Shown here piece after piece: positions 1 to 10,123 of a stretch of DNA of 37,124 nt; position 1 is the first letter of the stretch; the number at the start of each line of letters is the position of its first letter. This DNA comes from Paraglomus brasilianum (Eukaryota). Where the stretch lies: NCBI GenBank assembly GCA_910592345.1, contig CAJVPI010000275.1, positions 1 to 37,124 on the forward strand, in the 5' to 3' direction. The notes beneath the pieces are model-generated. The model was not told the DNA's origin, ran no database searches, and saw nothing but the letters and a program-made list of their open reading frames with translations. The position numbers and the translations under genes are program-made.

Positions 1-196
1 CTACAAGTACCACATCAGCTTCCAGCTCGGATGTTCCGACCCGAACATTTCCACGTGATCCGAACATTTTTTTGTGCCATGGCTAGGATTCTACACATGA
101 GCCTTGTTGCTACCCGCAGCGGAGAATTGAAAGAATATTTTCATAGTATATAACTTAACAGAATATAACCTAGAACCGATTATCAACTTAGTAGAC

Positions 197-660
197 ATGA
201 CCGATATTACAAAGGAATGGGCAAAAAACAAATACGCCCGAAGCAGATTAACTGGATATGGATTAAAGCATATCGAAAATTTAAAAATACCAGAAGCTTT
301 TGGTTACGGTTCGCAAAATATCATCCACCCAATATATACGTAGACGTTTATTAATAACTGGATATGATATTCGAAATAAGTATGATTGGCAAAATTTGTA
401 TTTCGCATAAAAAAAAATAGGTTCCCGAGGGGGAGCCTATCTCTAAACCCTTTGCATTTAGAATAGAAGTGAGTTATTTTGTATATATGCATAAAAATCG
501 AGCAGCAACTATCATCCAGCGAACATTCCGTCTATAGAAAAAACGGATTAGTTTAGTTAGGAAAATCGAGAATGCAGTACTTGAATGGCTTTATCGGCCA
601 GGTGGCATATTTATGAAATGTGCTCAAGATTGGTTTTATTACAACGCGAGCTGCCAAAGG
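197..660 (+). pseudogene. Decayed ORF of an IQ-motif-like / 'WLYRPGG' orphan protein
   Basis: Starts MTDITKEWAKNKYAR at ATG 197. The 3' part reads NRAATIIQRTFRL*KKRISLVRKIENAVLEWLYRPGGIFMKCAQDWFY, with internal stops and frameshifts. Confidence 0.4.
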
Positions 661-948
661 GAGCCGGAAAAGTGCATAAAGTCTAGATCAATTGCTTTTC
701 AGTTTTTTTTTTCTGCGGAGCAGTGCACTCCGCGCCGGTGGCAAAGCCTCCTCGCTTCGCGGTGGTTCGTATTTTAGGGAACAGAAATTCTTTACTGGAA
801 AATTAATCGTAAACTAATTGGAGTTGTTTTTGGGAAAGTTTTAAAACCAGAAGTATTTAAGTCTCAGTCTAAACATAATCAAATCGAACATCTTCGAAAA
901 GCTATAATAATAATATATTTAGTTCGATCTACCAATTTTAACCAATTA

Positions 949-1143
949 CAGTCGTCCCCCTCTATAGTCACCCCTCTATAAGCACATCATATAAAAAACC
1001 TCTTTATAAGCACCCTATGTTGAGAACCAATTACTATTAAACTTATAGAAAAAAACTTCTATATAGTCACAACCTCTCTATAAGCACACTTCCAACAAAA
1101 GTTGCATTGTTCCCGACAGCGTGACTATCGAGGGGGACGACTG
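949..1143. mobile_element. 195-bp pogo/Tc1-mariner-type MITE (copy 1)
   Basis: 23-bp TIRs CAGTCGTCCCCCTCTATAGTCAC (949-971) and GTGACTATCGAGGGGGACGACTG (1121-1143) with 1 mismatch. TA on both sides (947-948, 1144-1145). Internal repeats ending TATAAGCAC x3. A second copy lies at 29921-30115. Confidence 0.93.
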
Positions 1144-1207
1144 TATATGCTACTTATACGATTACGTAGTTGTTTCAATTTTCGATTAAACTTATGAACT
1201 TTAAAAC

Positions 1208-1328
1208 CCTAAAACTTTTTCCACAGATATTATTTTTAAATTTTGACCGGTAACTTTGTTCTTCACGGTAAGCTCTACAAAGTTACCGGTCAAAATTTAA
1301 AAATAATATCTGTGGAAAAAGTTTTAGG
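1208..1328. repeat. Perfect 52-bp inverted repeat with 17-nt spacer (foldback/hairpin)
   Basis: 1208-1259 is the exact reverse complement of 1277-1328; spacer TCTTCACGGTAAGCTCT. Confidence 0.95.
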
Positions 1329-1986
1329 AGTTTAAAAATACCCAATATTTCGGGTCACGTAATTGTCGGATATAGAGGTCCTGCACCATATTATAAAGAT
1401 GATATGATTAATAATAATAACACGTGCATTTAAAATTTAAGAAAAGGTGGGTGTTACTGGTCTTGACACAAGGGGGGCTGTGACTATAGTATGATTGCCT
1501 GGGGGAGAGTGACTATATAGGAGGGAGGTTGAAATGATTTCGGATGTAGTATCAACCCTCATCAGCGTTTAATTGTTAGTTAATTTCGGTTTATGCTTTC
1601 ACAATTTGTGGGAACATGGTTTCTTAATAGTTTACATATTACATACAAATCTATCAAACATGTGACATAATAGATTCTACGATTGTATGCGGGCATACTC
1701 ACGGGATACAATACAACATTGTTCATAACGTGATATGTAAAAAAGCGTATAAAAGAGATTTTCCCCTTTGTCTTTGTTTCTCTGACAAAGGCATGGAGGG
1801 TTCCCGAACTATTTTGCCAAGTTTGCTGGACCCGGCAACTATAGTTGATTCGGCGGAGAAGTATCACATGTTTGTGTAAGTAAAGCATATAAACAGGGCT
1901 GAGTTGGCGGCGCAGAGCCAGATCGCGACTCTTCTTTTATCACTATTCATAATGCGTAATCTTCTTTTTTAACAGATCGGACAAAC

Positions 1987-4772
1987 ATGGACAAAATGGA
2001 CTTACGTGAATATAGCAGATTCGCTCGTCAATACTGGATACGATGCCCCGAAGCTGATGACGACGAAGTTATCCAAAAGTATAATGAATCCAAGCAAGGT
2101 AAGCAAGCAAGCAATACACGTTTATTGGGAGGATAGAGGAGCGACGGGGAGAAGAGTTTGAATACTGTTACTGGTTTTGTGCTATGTTGCAAGAGAGGCA
2201 GTTGGGCGTTATTAGTTGAGGCAGAGCTGTGTCGTAGAGACATTACGGGATTAGTAGAGTAGCATGGGGTCAACAGAGGGAGAATAGTTAGAATGTATTA
2301 CAACACGCGCATTGGGAGGAGTATACAGTCAACTCTGTCTATACCGGCGTGAGTGGTTTGGCGGTTTTTGTCATAACGAGAGACCGGTATATAATTCAGC
2401 CGTTATAAGGGGTGAGATGAATATATAATCTCTTGGTGCAGCGAAATTGGAACTGGTATAAGGCGAAACTGGTATAAAAAAGGCTGATATAAACAGAGTT
2501 GTATGGAATAGAGTGTTGTTGTAAAAGTTAGGCTAACAAGGGACATATTATTTATGCGTTTGGGTTAAATAGAATAGGAGCAACAGAGGGAGAATAGTTT
2601 GAATGCTGTTAGAATAGGCACAGCAATGTGGAGGGAGAATAGTTAAAATGTTGACTGTTTTCATCCATTACTTTGATATTCTGTTTACTAACTAGTTACT
2701 TTTTTTCTCTTTCTTCTATGGTTATGTTGAAAGGGGCTGAGCATCAGGCAAAAAAGGCTCGTACAGATAGTGCTGAAAGTGAAAGTGAAAGCGACAAGGC
2801 TTTAGTTGCAGATGCATTCAAGTACAAGTTTGTGAACAGCCAGAATTTCATTGCCAACTTTCACAGTCACATCAAATTTTGTTTGTCAAAGTGTCATGAG
2901 GACAGTAGCTATTCCCCATATATTGCACTAATTCAGAGCTCCGGCTATGGGAAGTCCCGCCTCATTGCAGAGATTGCACAAGATGTCTATGTTTTATATG
3001 TGTGCTTTCGGCCACCAAAGAGCACAGGCTATCCTCCTCGGTCAAGCATTGCATCCAAGATTCTTGAGGAGATGCCCCTCCAACAAATTAGCTGGTTTGA
3101 GATGTTTTTGGAAAGTGCAGTTGCTGTACTTGGTCACATGATTCAAGATGGTCTGACACCTTCCGAATGTTGGGAAATGCAGATGGATTCCAGCAAAGAG
3201 AGTGAATTTTGGGCTAATGTTACAACTAACTTACAACGTACACTCAAGACAAGTTCTCCAACAATGGGTAGTCTTCTTGAGCAACTATATATAACCTCTG
3301 ATGTACCCATGCTCAAATTTATGCTGTGTCTAGATGAGGCACGCATCCTGACCACAACAATCCATGAAGCAAAGGAACGATCTCTATTCAGGATTATTCG
3401 ACGTGCTTTGCAAGATATCGGATGGAAGAACTTTATATGTGTCATGTTAGATACAGCTGGTTCTCTGTCCAATTTTGCACCAACTGAGGAACGTGACCCT
3501 TCCCTACGGCTCCTAACTACCAAGCCACTTAAGTTGCTTCCGCCATTCATTGATGTTTCAACAATGGATGCATTGTTCACAGGACAAGTGGAGAATCCAA
3601 CTGACAGGTTTTTCCTAGGTCGTGCCTTATGGGCTGCACTGCTTAATTCTGGCTTGTCAATTAAAAAGGCAGTTGAAACTGCACAAAGAAAACTACTTGG
3701 AGGCACTGTGAGCACTAATTTGCAGAGTATCCTTTCTACTGCTAAAGCAGTTGATGAACAGTTGGCCATGGCCATTGCTATTATGTCTGTATTAATTTCT
3801 GTGGATATTTCACCACAACCACATTTATCACATCTGCTAGTGAGTAGCTACATGGCTACATGTATTTCCATCAAAGAAGACAGAAGCCAAATGCTTGTGA
3901 TGTATCCATCTGAGCCTATCCTTGCTGAAGCTGCTTTTAGACTTGTAGACAGTGATGCAACACTAGTGAAGGTCCTTCAGCTGTTTGCAGCATCATTTCA
4001 ATGTGGGTTTGTTGATGCCGGCCACCGTGGTGAACTTGTTGCAAGGCTTATCCTAATCATTGCATGGCGAAAATGCATACAAAAGAGTCGGGGCAAAGAT
4101 GGACTTTACACAAGAGAATTATATCTCAAGGAGTTCTTGTCTGCCTTGTTTGGCAATCTTGATGCCCTAGTCACAACTAATGATTCTTGGAAAGAGTTGA
4201 AACTGGATAAACTATTACTGGAATCCATTCTATGCTTTACCCATTTCATACAGGTAGAATACACTCCAGACAGCAGATTACTTGAACGACTGTTTAGACG
4301 GGGTGCAGCTGCAATCCTGAAATTCAACCAACCTGGTGTTGACCTTCTCATCCCACTCAAACAACGGGATGCTCAATTCACATATGTTACAATATCAGTA
4401 AAGAACAGAGATGTTTCATGGGGAGGTGCTGATTACACCAAAGACTCAACCTATAAGATGAAGCCACAGTATATATTCAGAGGAATGGATCTTGCAATGC
4501 TGCCATCACTCCCGCACCTGTGTTTCTATTGGTCCCTGCGTGACAAGAGGGAAGGATTTCATCGGCCTGAGTGGATGAAGCAAGATGAGTCTGACCAACA
4601 CTTAGCTGTCTTCTCAATGGCACCATTTGTCTGTCTTTCTCCTGAGATTAGAAAAGAGCTGGGTGTGATACTAAAAGCCTATGTTAATCCATTTGATGAC
4701 ATGTGGAACAGTAAGATGGTTATGGACAGAACGGCAATAGTGAAAAGTTTTGTTCCGTCACGTTATTCATGA
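1987..4772 (+). CDS. Crinkler(CR)-type P-loop NTPase with C-terminal PD-(D/E)xK-like nuclease domain; 2 exons: join(1987..2098,2734..4772)
   Basis: Walker A QSSGYGKSRL, Walker B FMLCLDEAR, sensor-like VMLDTAGSLSNFAP, C-terminal NQPGVDLLIPL...TISVKN. Exon 1 (MDKMDLREYSRF...NESKQ) ends at G|GTAAG (2099). A TACTAAC branch near 2686, a pyrimidine tract and an AAG acceptor at 2733 give an in-phase junction. The ORF-track start at 2673 is intronic. Confidence 0.8.
2271..2645 (+). repeat. Short dispersed direct repeats in intron 1 of the CR-NTPase gene
   Basis: CAACAGAGGGAGAATAGTT is identical at 2271-2289 and 2581-2599; GAGGGAGAATAGTTA recurs at 2631-2645. Confidence 0.75.
2326..2501. mobile_element. 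Degenerate pogo-like MITE inserted in an intron
   Basis: Left end TA|CAGTCAACTCTGTCTATACCGGC. Right end GCTGATATAAACAGAGTTG|TA matches the left end at 16/19 nt and lacks the terminal ACTG. Internal GGTATA repeats. Confidence 0.75.
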
Positions 4773-5519
4773 AGTATTAGTATATGTTTTTATGTTGCCA
4801 TTTATCATTACTCTAATGGGAGGGAATTCGTTGGCATCAAGCCTCTGAGACATTAGATGATAATTTCCTAATAACGCACTAGTCTTAGACCTGTTTCCAG
4901 TTCAGGTGACCGTTTGCCACAGGCAACTTCAGAACTCATTGCAGCACGTACACTGCATAAAGAAAAAGAACGGTGGTCAATTATTTTGCGAATAAACAAA
5001 AGTACGCGTTATCGATTGTCAATCCGTTTGGTCTTTTTTAATTAATTATATTCATGCAAATTCTTATAAGCAAAAGCCACATACTGAGACACCGTCGTAC
5101 CTGTTTTATGTAATGATCACGGTCGTCGTCAGGTCACGTGTAGCGATACTAAAATTCCAAATACTTGGCCTACGTGCGAAAAAAATTAGTGTAATATCCA
5201 ACTGAAATAGACTGATGTCGATATAGATTATACATGCTCGAAATAGATTTCTGCTTATACGGATTAAATAAAATTGAATCATGAATTAAGTTTGAATACT
5301 GAACCGAAATCTTATTATTATACAGTGTTACAAAAGTCTTCGAACACGTATATTTAGCGGCATAGCTTCAACATGACTGTTCGCCATCAATGGCAATGAC
5401 GGCGTTCTTTATGGACGTGATTAAATTAATTATATAAGTTCCAAACCAACGTATCGTGAATTATTGACCGAAAACGTAAACAAAAATGAATCTTTGTATA
5501 GGTATACGTGGGTGGTTAA

Positions 5520-6428
5520 CCTCTCCACTAATCTCAGGTAAACAAACTTCATTTGTGAATGCTTTCTTAACTTCGCTTACAGGACAACATTAAATTCCTT
5601 CTAGACGATCGATAGCATCACCATTATTTTTTTTTTTATTTCTGTATAATAAATGTTTACATTTTGCGGATATAATAATAATAAATTACTTACATCTATT
5701 AACCGTTTGTTTCGCCTGCTCCTCGTTGCTTTGTTTTTGATTTTCTCTCCTGATTTTCCCGCTGCACGTTTTAGTGTTGCAAATACGTCGGTGCTATTTG
5801 CCTTACATTATATCTATTCCAAAATCCCTTCGCAACATAACGTTGATAAAGAAACAAAAAATTGTTTTAAGCAGAACTCTCCCTTACGACCTAATAACGC
5901 ATTAGATTAAGTAATTACTGAACAAAACATTTTACAGTACTTACGCACATCTTCATCCTGGATTTTATGTTCTTCCCCCATTGCCTTCGCATACGCCTCC
6001 GTTACAAGTTCGTTTTTGTCATCAGTAAACCGCGAATTTAGATTGTAGACAAGCAGTTACGCATTGTCAGGCAATACACCTTCTTCAATTAATTTTGCAC
6101 GCCTATGAATGCTACTCATTTTTTTAGTAAGCACAGTATACAAGATTTTTGGCGGTGAAGAAGAGCTTTGAAGAAGACGATGATGAATTGTCGTTATTAT
6201 TAATCTTATTGAAGCTATCGAACGCCTCTAAAACACTATTAATATTTTCTTTAATCCAAACTTTTGTTTATTATTTAACTCTTCAATATCTTCCTCTATT
6301 TTTTCAAAAGCTGATCTGACTCGCGTTACTGCAAACTCGTCAAAGTCTCTCTTTTTCACCAAATCCCTCATTTCTTGCGTAATAGTAAGAGTAATTTCAG
6401 CGGTATTGTTGTTGCGTCTATTTCTCAT
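5520..6428 (-). pseudogene. Frameshifted, intron-containing orphan pseudogene (possibly a TE accessory gene)
   Basis: Coiled-coil-like reading MRNRRNNNTAEI...FEKIEEDIEELNNK, then NELVTEAYAKAMGEEHKIQDED and EVKKAFTNEVCLPEISGE in shifted frames. Two GTAAGT...AG intron-like segments near 5944-5891 and 5693-5642. Confidence 0.35.
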
Positions 6429-7249
6429 AGCTCTCCAAGTATTAGTGTTAAGAAAATAACAGTGAAGGAAGAAACTGATATTATTTGCGACAACTTGTTT
6501 GTAGTACAAGTACATTTATATACTACTCAAATTTGTACCGATATACAAGGATAATTGTTAACTACTTGAACAAGTATTTGCTATTGTTGAAATGAACATT
6601 TTCGACGCAGGGGTATAACCACGTTTTTTGTCCTTTTACTTGATACTTTCCTTTTACAAAACGACAGACTAGCCGCTGGACTGGTAGAATATTTTCGTAC
6701 GTTCGTCTTGTACATTTAGCACCCCAAAGCTCTGTGTTAAAATCGCCTTCATCAGTAAGTAGCTTCAGATAAATTTGTGGGTTCAGCAGTTTGGGCCCTG
6801 AAATCTTTCATGTTCACTTTGTCTGGTTTTGCCCCCGCGTGCACTAAAAAACAGTAATAAAGAATAATTTATTTTAATACAACTGTTACTATTGTTTTGT
6901 TGACTTGTGTAAATTAAGTTAGAGATACAAATTTTAGAGATAATCAATTGTCATTTTGGTTGACTAGAAATAGTTAGTATTAACAGGGAAAAGAAAGGTT
7001 TGTTTTGAACCAAGCAGATAAAGGCAACAATAATACATTAACGGTTTTAAACTTAAATCTGTTTGTAGCACTATTACTATGTTTATTACTTTTCTAAAGA
7101 AAAGAATGTTGTGTGACTAGGCGTGATAGTCTCAAATTCACATGTTTAGAAAAACATGACCAAATGAATCCTTCCCATGTCTTAAAATACCACTGACAGA
7201 TAATGAAAAATCTATTTTTATAATTACGTTTCTGGGGCTGGTTCCACAG

Positions 7250-7400
7250 GAGAAACCCATCAAGAGCTCACATTACGCAAGCGAGTTGTTGACGTATTAA
7301 GTGTCGCTAAGAGAACATTTGGGAGCGTGGTAGTATACTGGAAGAAGTGCAATGACGGTACATTTACTCCACGTAAACGGCGGATCGAAAGCATTCAAAC
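7250..7400 (+). mobile_element. Probable Tc1/DDE transposase N-terminal (HTH) remnant
   Basis: Reads THQELTLRKRVVDVLSVAKRTFGSVVVYWKKCNDGTFTPRKRR, an HTH-like segment resembling fungal transposase N-termini (from recall). No intact ORF or paired TIR was found. Confidence 0.35.
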
Positions 7401-7845
7401 ATCAAACACAAATATTGGCCATGACATTGTTTTTCTAATAAAGAAAAGGTGCCATTTTCTTGTGTCGAAATATCAAAACGATATGATCATTAGTTTCCTT
7501 TATCATTGTAAGCTTTAGCCAATTGAGGGCATTTGATCAGCAAGATCAGATCCACATACCATCGAAATATTCTTCTAGATGCGTTTAAAAACAAAATTAA
7601 TTCGCAAGTTATTTATGGTTATCAATTCTATCAAACAGTCTTGCTTGTCAGTCTCACAATCATAATATAATTCGCATGATAAATAGAATTATTATTGGCG
7701 TTAGCAGAAATCAATTTTTTTGCCCATAGTACTTATTGCGTGATTTTAGTGTAACCGTCTCCATTTAGATCTCTAAACATCATTCTGGATTTCGCTTGTC
7801 CGTACTTATAGTAGAAGTCATTACGTTCCGGTAGTGCCCTTTACC

Positions 7846-8772
7846 ATGCTACCCCGTATACTACTTGACCGGTTAACTTCTTTCATACGTCGTAGTTCCT
7901 GCCGGGAGGAAAGTTTCCCATTCTCTAAATCGCTCTCCGAACTCCCAGTTGAAATCCTGCTCTTGATATTCAACATGCTCTACAAAGACACTAGATCGCT
8001 CCACTCTTGTTTAGTGCTTAATAGTAAACTTTGCTGTGTAATCGTTCGCATATTGTATCGGAATGTATTCAATAGAACGACGGACAAAAGGCGAGTTAAG
8101 TTGGTGAGAACCTTGCTCCACAGTTTGAATAAAGAAGAGAGAAATAACTTGTCAAGAACTGAATTGAAAGAACTGGATAAGGGAACATTAATACCCTACT
8201 TAACGTACATTACAGAATTAAACATACATATAATATATAAAGCGGTGGCTGAATGGGTAGACCACCAGCCTCCACCACGAGACGACAAGAGGCATATTTC
8301 CAGCATTCTGATATCTTCCATAATCCATCATTCCAGCACAATTCACTTCCGCATCTCTGCTGGCATACCCGCTCATCCCTTTCGTCATTTCTGTTTTCCT
8401 CAACTTACAAAACATGACCAAAAACTCCGAAAATTAACCATTGAACGTGTCAGTAATAAACAGAACGACTTGTCGCTTTTATCCGATATTATCTCATCTT
8501 TGAAGTCACTGGAAAGCGTGACTATGATTGCGACAAGCGGATTAGAATTGTTGCTGGATGCCTTAAAGAACTATCGTGGTTCATTAAAGAGATTGGTGTT
8601 CCGGGGGTGTCACTTTGAGCATGTAAAGCTGAAGGATTACGTGGAGCTGTTGACTGACATATGGATATTAAAGTTTTATAACTGTTCGGGTATCGGGAAA
8701 GAAATAGAGTTGACGTTGGCAGAGAAGGAAGGGGTATTTGTACATAAACAGTCTGGACGAAAGAAGTCTTAA
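7846..8772 (+). CDS. F-box protein with RNI/LRR-like C-terminus (single exon)
   Basis: First ATG at 7846. F-box motif LSELPVEILLLIFNML...LHSCLVLN...ILYRN, a 'PY..YI..L' segment and LRR-like LKSLESVTM / LKRLVFRGC repeats. Confidence 0.75.
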   Translation: MLPRILLDRLTSFIRRSSCREESFPFSKSLSELPVEILLLIFNMLYKDTRSLHSCLVLNSKLCCVIVRILYRNVFNRTTDKRRVKLVRTLLHSLNKEERNNLSRTELKELDKGTLIPYLTYITELNIHIIYKAVAEWVDHQPPPRDDKRHISSILISSIIHHSSTIHFRISAGIPAHPFRHFCFPQLTKHDQKLRKLTIERVSNKQNDLSLLSDIISSLKSLESVTMIATSGLELLLDALKNYRGSLKRLVFRGCHFEHVKLKDYVELLTDIWILKFYNCSGIGKEIELTLAEKEGVFVHKQSGRKKS

Positions 8773-9425
8773 AAACCCGATCGGACCACCGACCGTTCGA
8801 AAAGCCTTCATCGAGAGTTCTTATATTCCAGGCTCTGAAAGAAGTGTGAGTTTAGAATGTTCTAAGTTTTGGATTCAGAGTTGCAAGAGTGTCGAAGAGA
8901 TGAGATAGGGAATGTAAATTTTATAATGTAAATAAGGTGTAAACTAAAAATAGTTTCAGCAGTCTTGTCACTGCTTTGGTTTTTTTTTGTTTTGTTTTAC
9001 TATTTATTGTCATGTAGATTTTCATAAAAGTGTTTATGTTGGGCAATGTAGATTGGGATTCTAAACGGGTTTATATCATCTTGTAATAATTCTTAAGAAC
9101 AATTAAATAAAAAGTAATGTTAATGCTGTTAATACCCTTAACAAAAGCATTAACATAACAAGACTACTTCCACATCACAGATTATGTTGTGGTAACAAAG
9201 CACCAAAATCGTGTTTGACAATCGGTTCTTCAACGGAAAAGTGATTATTTAAAAACTCCAAATAACTGATACCCATATTATTTCTACTTGTGTTTGGTCG
9301 CGAATGACTTATCCTATATACAACAAGTTAAGTTATATCAAACAAACTGAAGTTTGTGATCTGCTTCAAATTAATGATTTCATAATGCAATGTCAGTTTT
9401 ATTTTAAATCATAATTAAAGACTTC

Positions 9426-9632
9426 CTTGAACAAATAGAGCTTTTAAATAATATAAAATTGCAATTATTTATTTAATACAGTTTTGAGAAAAAATGTAAA
9501 CAAAAACCAATCATTCATCAATTTTATAAATTTAATGACAAATTTTTTAATAAAAATTTCACAAAAGATAATCTTGAGAACTAGAGCTTTCAAATAGATA
9601 TAAATTGCAACTATTTATTTAGTACAGTTTTG
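9426..9632 (+). repeat. Imperfect ~60-bp direct repeat pair
   Basis: 9426-9486 and 9573-9632 share TAGAGCTTT-AAATA...AAATTGCAA-TATTTATTTA-TACAGTTTTG. Confidence 0.7.
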
Positions 9633-9766
9633 CTTTCTTTATTATTATTATCACTGGATGGTCATCAATAAAAAGCCAGGGATTTCTCTAAAGGTAAACA
9701 ACTATCATTTATTTGACAATTGGAATAAATTTTAATTCAAATGATAGAAAGTATCCAATCATTAAA

Positions 9767-10123
9767 TTATTTCTTATTTTCGGTCAAGATCATTTCTTAA
9801 CTTCAATTTGAGCAATTAATTGACCATCTGTTGTTGTAATTGGGATACTTCAGCTTTTAAATCGTTGATTTCTTTTATTAATTCCTGCAGAGTTAATTCT
9901 TTTAATCGTCTTCCAATTGCTTAATCCTATCCAACAAGTCTTGTTTTTGTCTTTTATGTCAGCCTTCAGCAATTCCCAAAGCTTCTAGATGGGTTTCTAC
10001 TTCTTCAGTTAAATCTCTCTTTTCTCGCAACCCATTTATTTGTTTTTCGTAAAAAACTGCTTGACGTTCATTAGGCAAGTCTGGAAGTTCTTTTTTCTTC
10101 CAAGTTTTCTTTATTTCTGATAT
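9767..10123 (-). pseudogene. Decayed coiled-coil ORF readable in genetic code 4 (TGA=Trp); probable Mollicutes-related endobacterial (MRE) DNA insertion
   Basis: ISEIKKTWKKKELPDLPNERQAVFYEKQINGLREKRDLTEEVETHLEALGIAEG[TGA]HKRQKQDLLDRIKQLED / LKELTLQELIKEINDLKAEVSQLQQQM / QLIAQIEVKK[TGA]S[TGA]PKIR. Two frameshifts, no introns, very AT-rich. Confidence 0.6.

Noticed and set aside
1471..1535. G-rich stretch with GTGACTATA twice, resembling MITE right-end motifs or a G-quadruplex
   Set aside because: No matching left end or TA-bounded terminus; too degenerate to call an element.
1538..1565. Hammerhead-ribozyme-like core on the minus strand (CTGATGA-GGGTTGATACTACATCC-GAAA)
   Set aside because: Stem II is plausible, but no complementary strands for stems I and III and no cleavage triplet were found nearby.
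2673..2733. Hydrophobic N-terminus of the 699-aa ORF resembling a signal peptide
   Set aside because: It is the branch point and polypyrimidine tract of intron 1, and it starts at TTG.
3143..3775. 210-aa antisense ORF, and similar antisense or alternate-frame ORFs inside SMG6, EMP70 and the ATPase
   Set aside because: Shadow ORFs of real coding exons with no recognisable motifs.
5083..5130. TPP-riboswitch-like words (CTGAGA...ACCTG...TAATG)
   Set aside because: P4/P5 pairing and the GATC and GCG-AGG segments are missing, and there is no thiamine gene nearby.
9426..9632. Repeat-spacer-repeat as a possible CRISPR remnant
   Set aside because: Only two imperfect ~60-bp units with an ~86-bp gap, and no cas genes.
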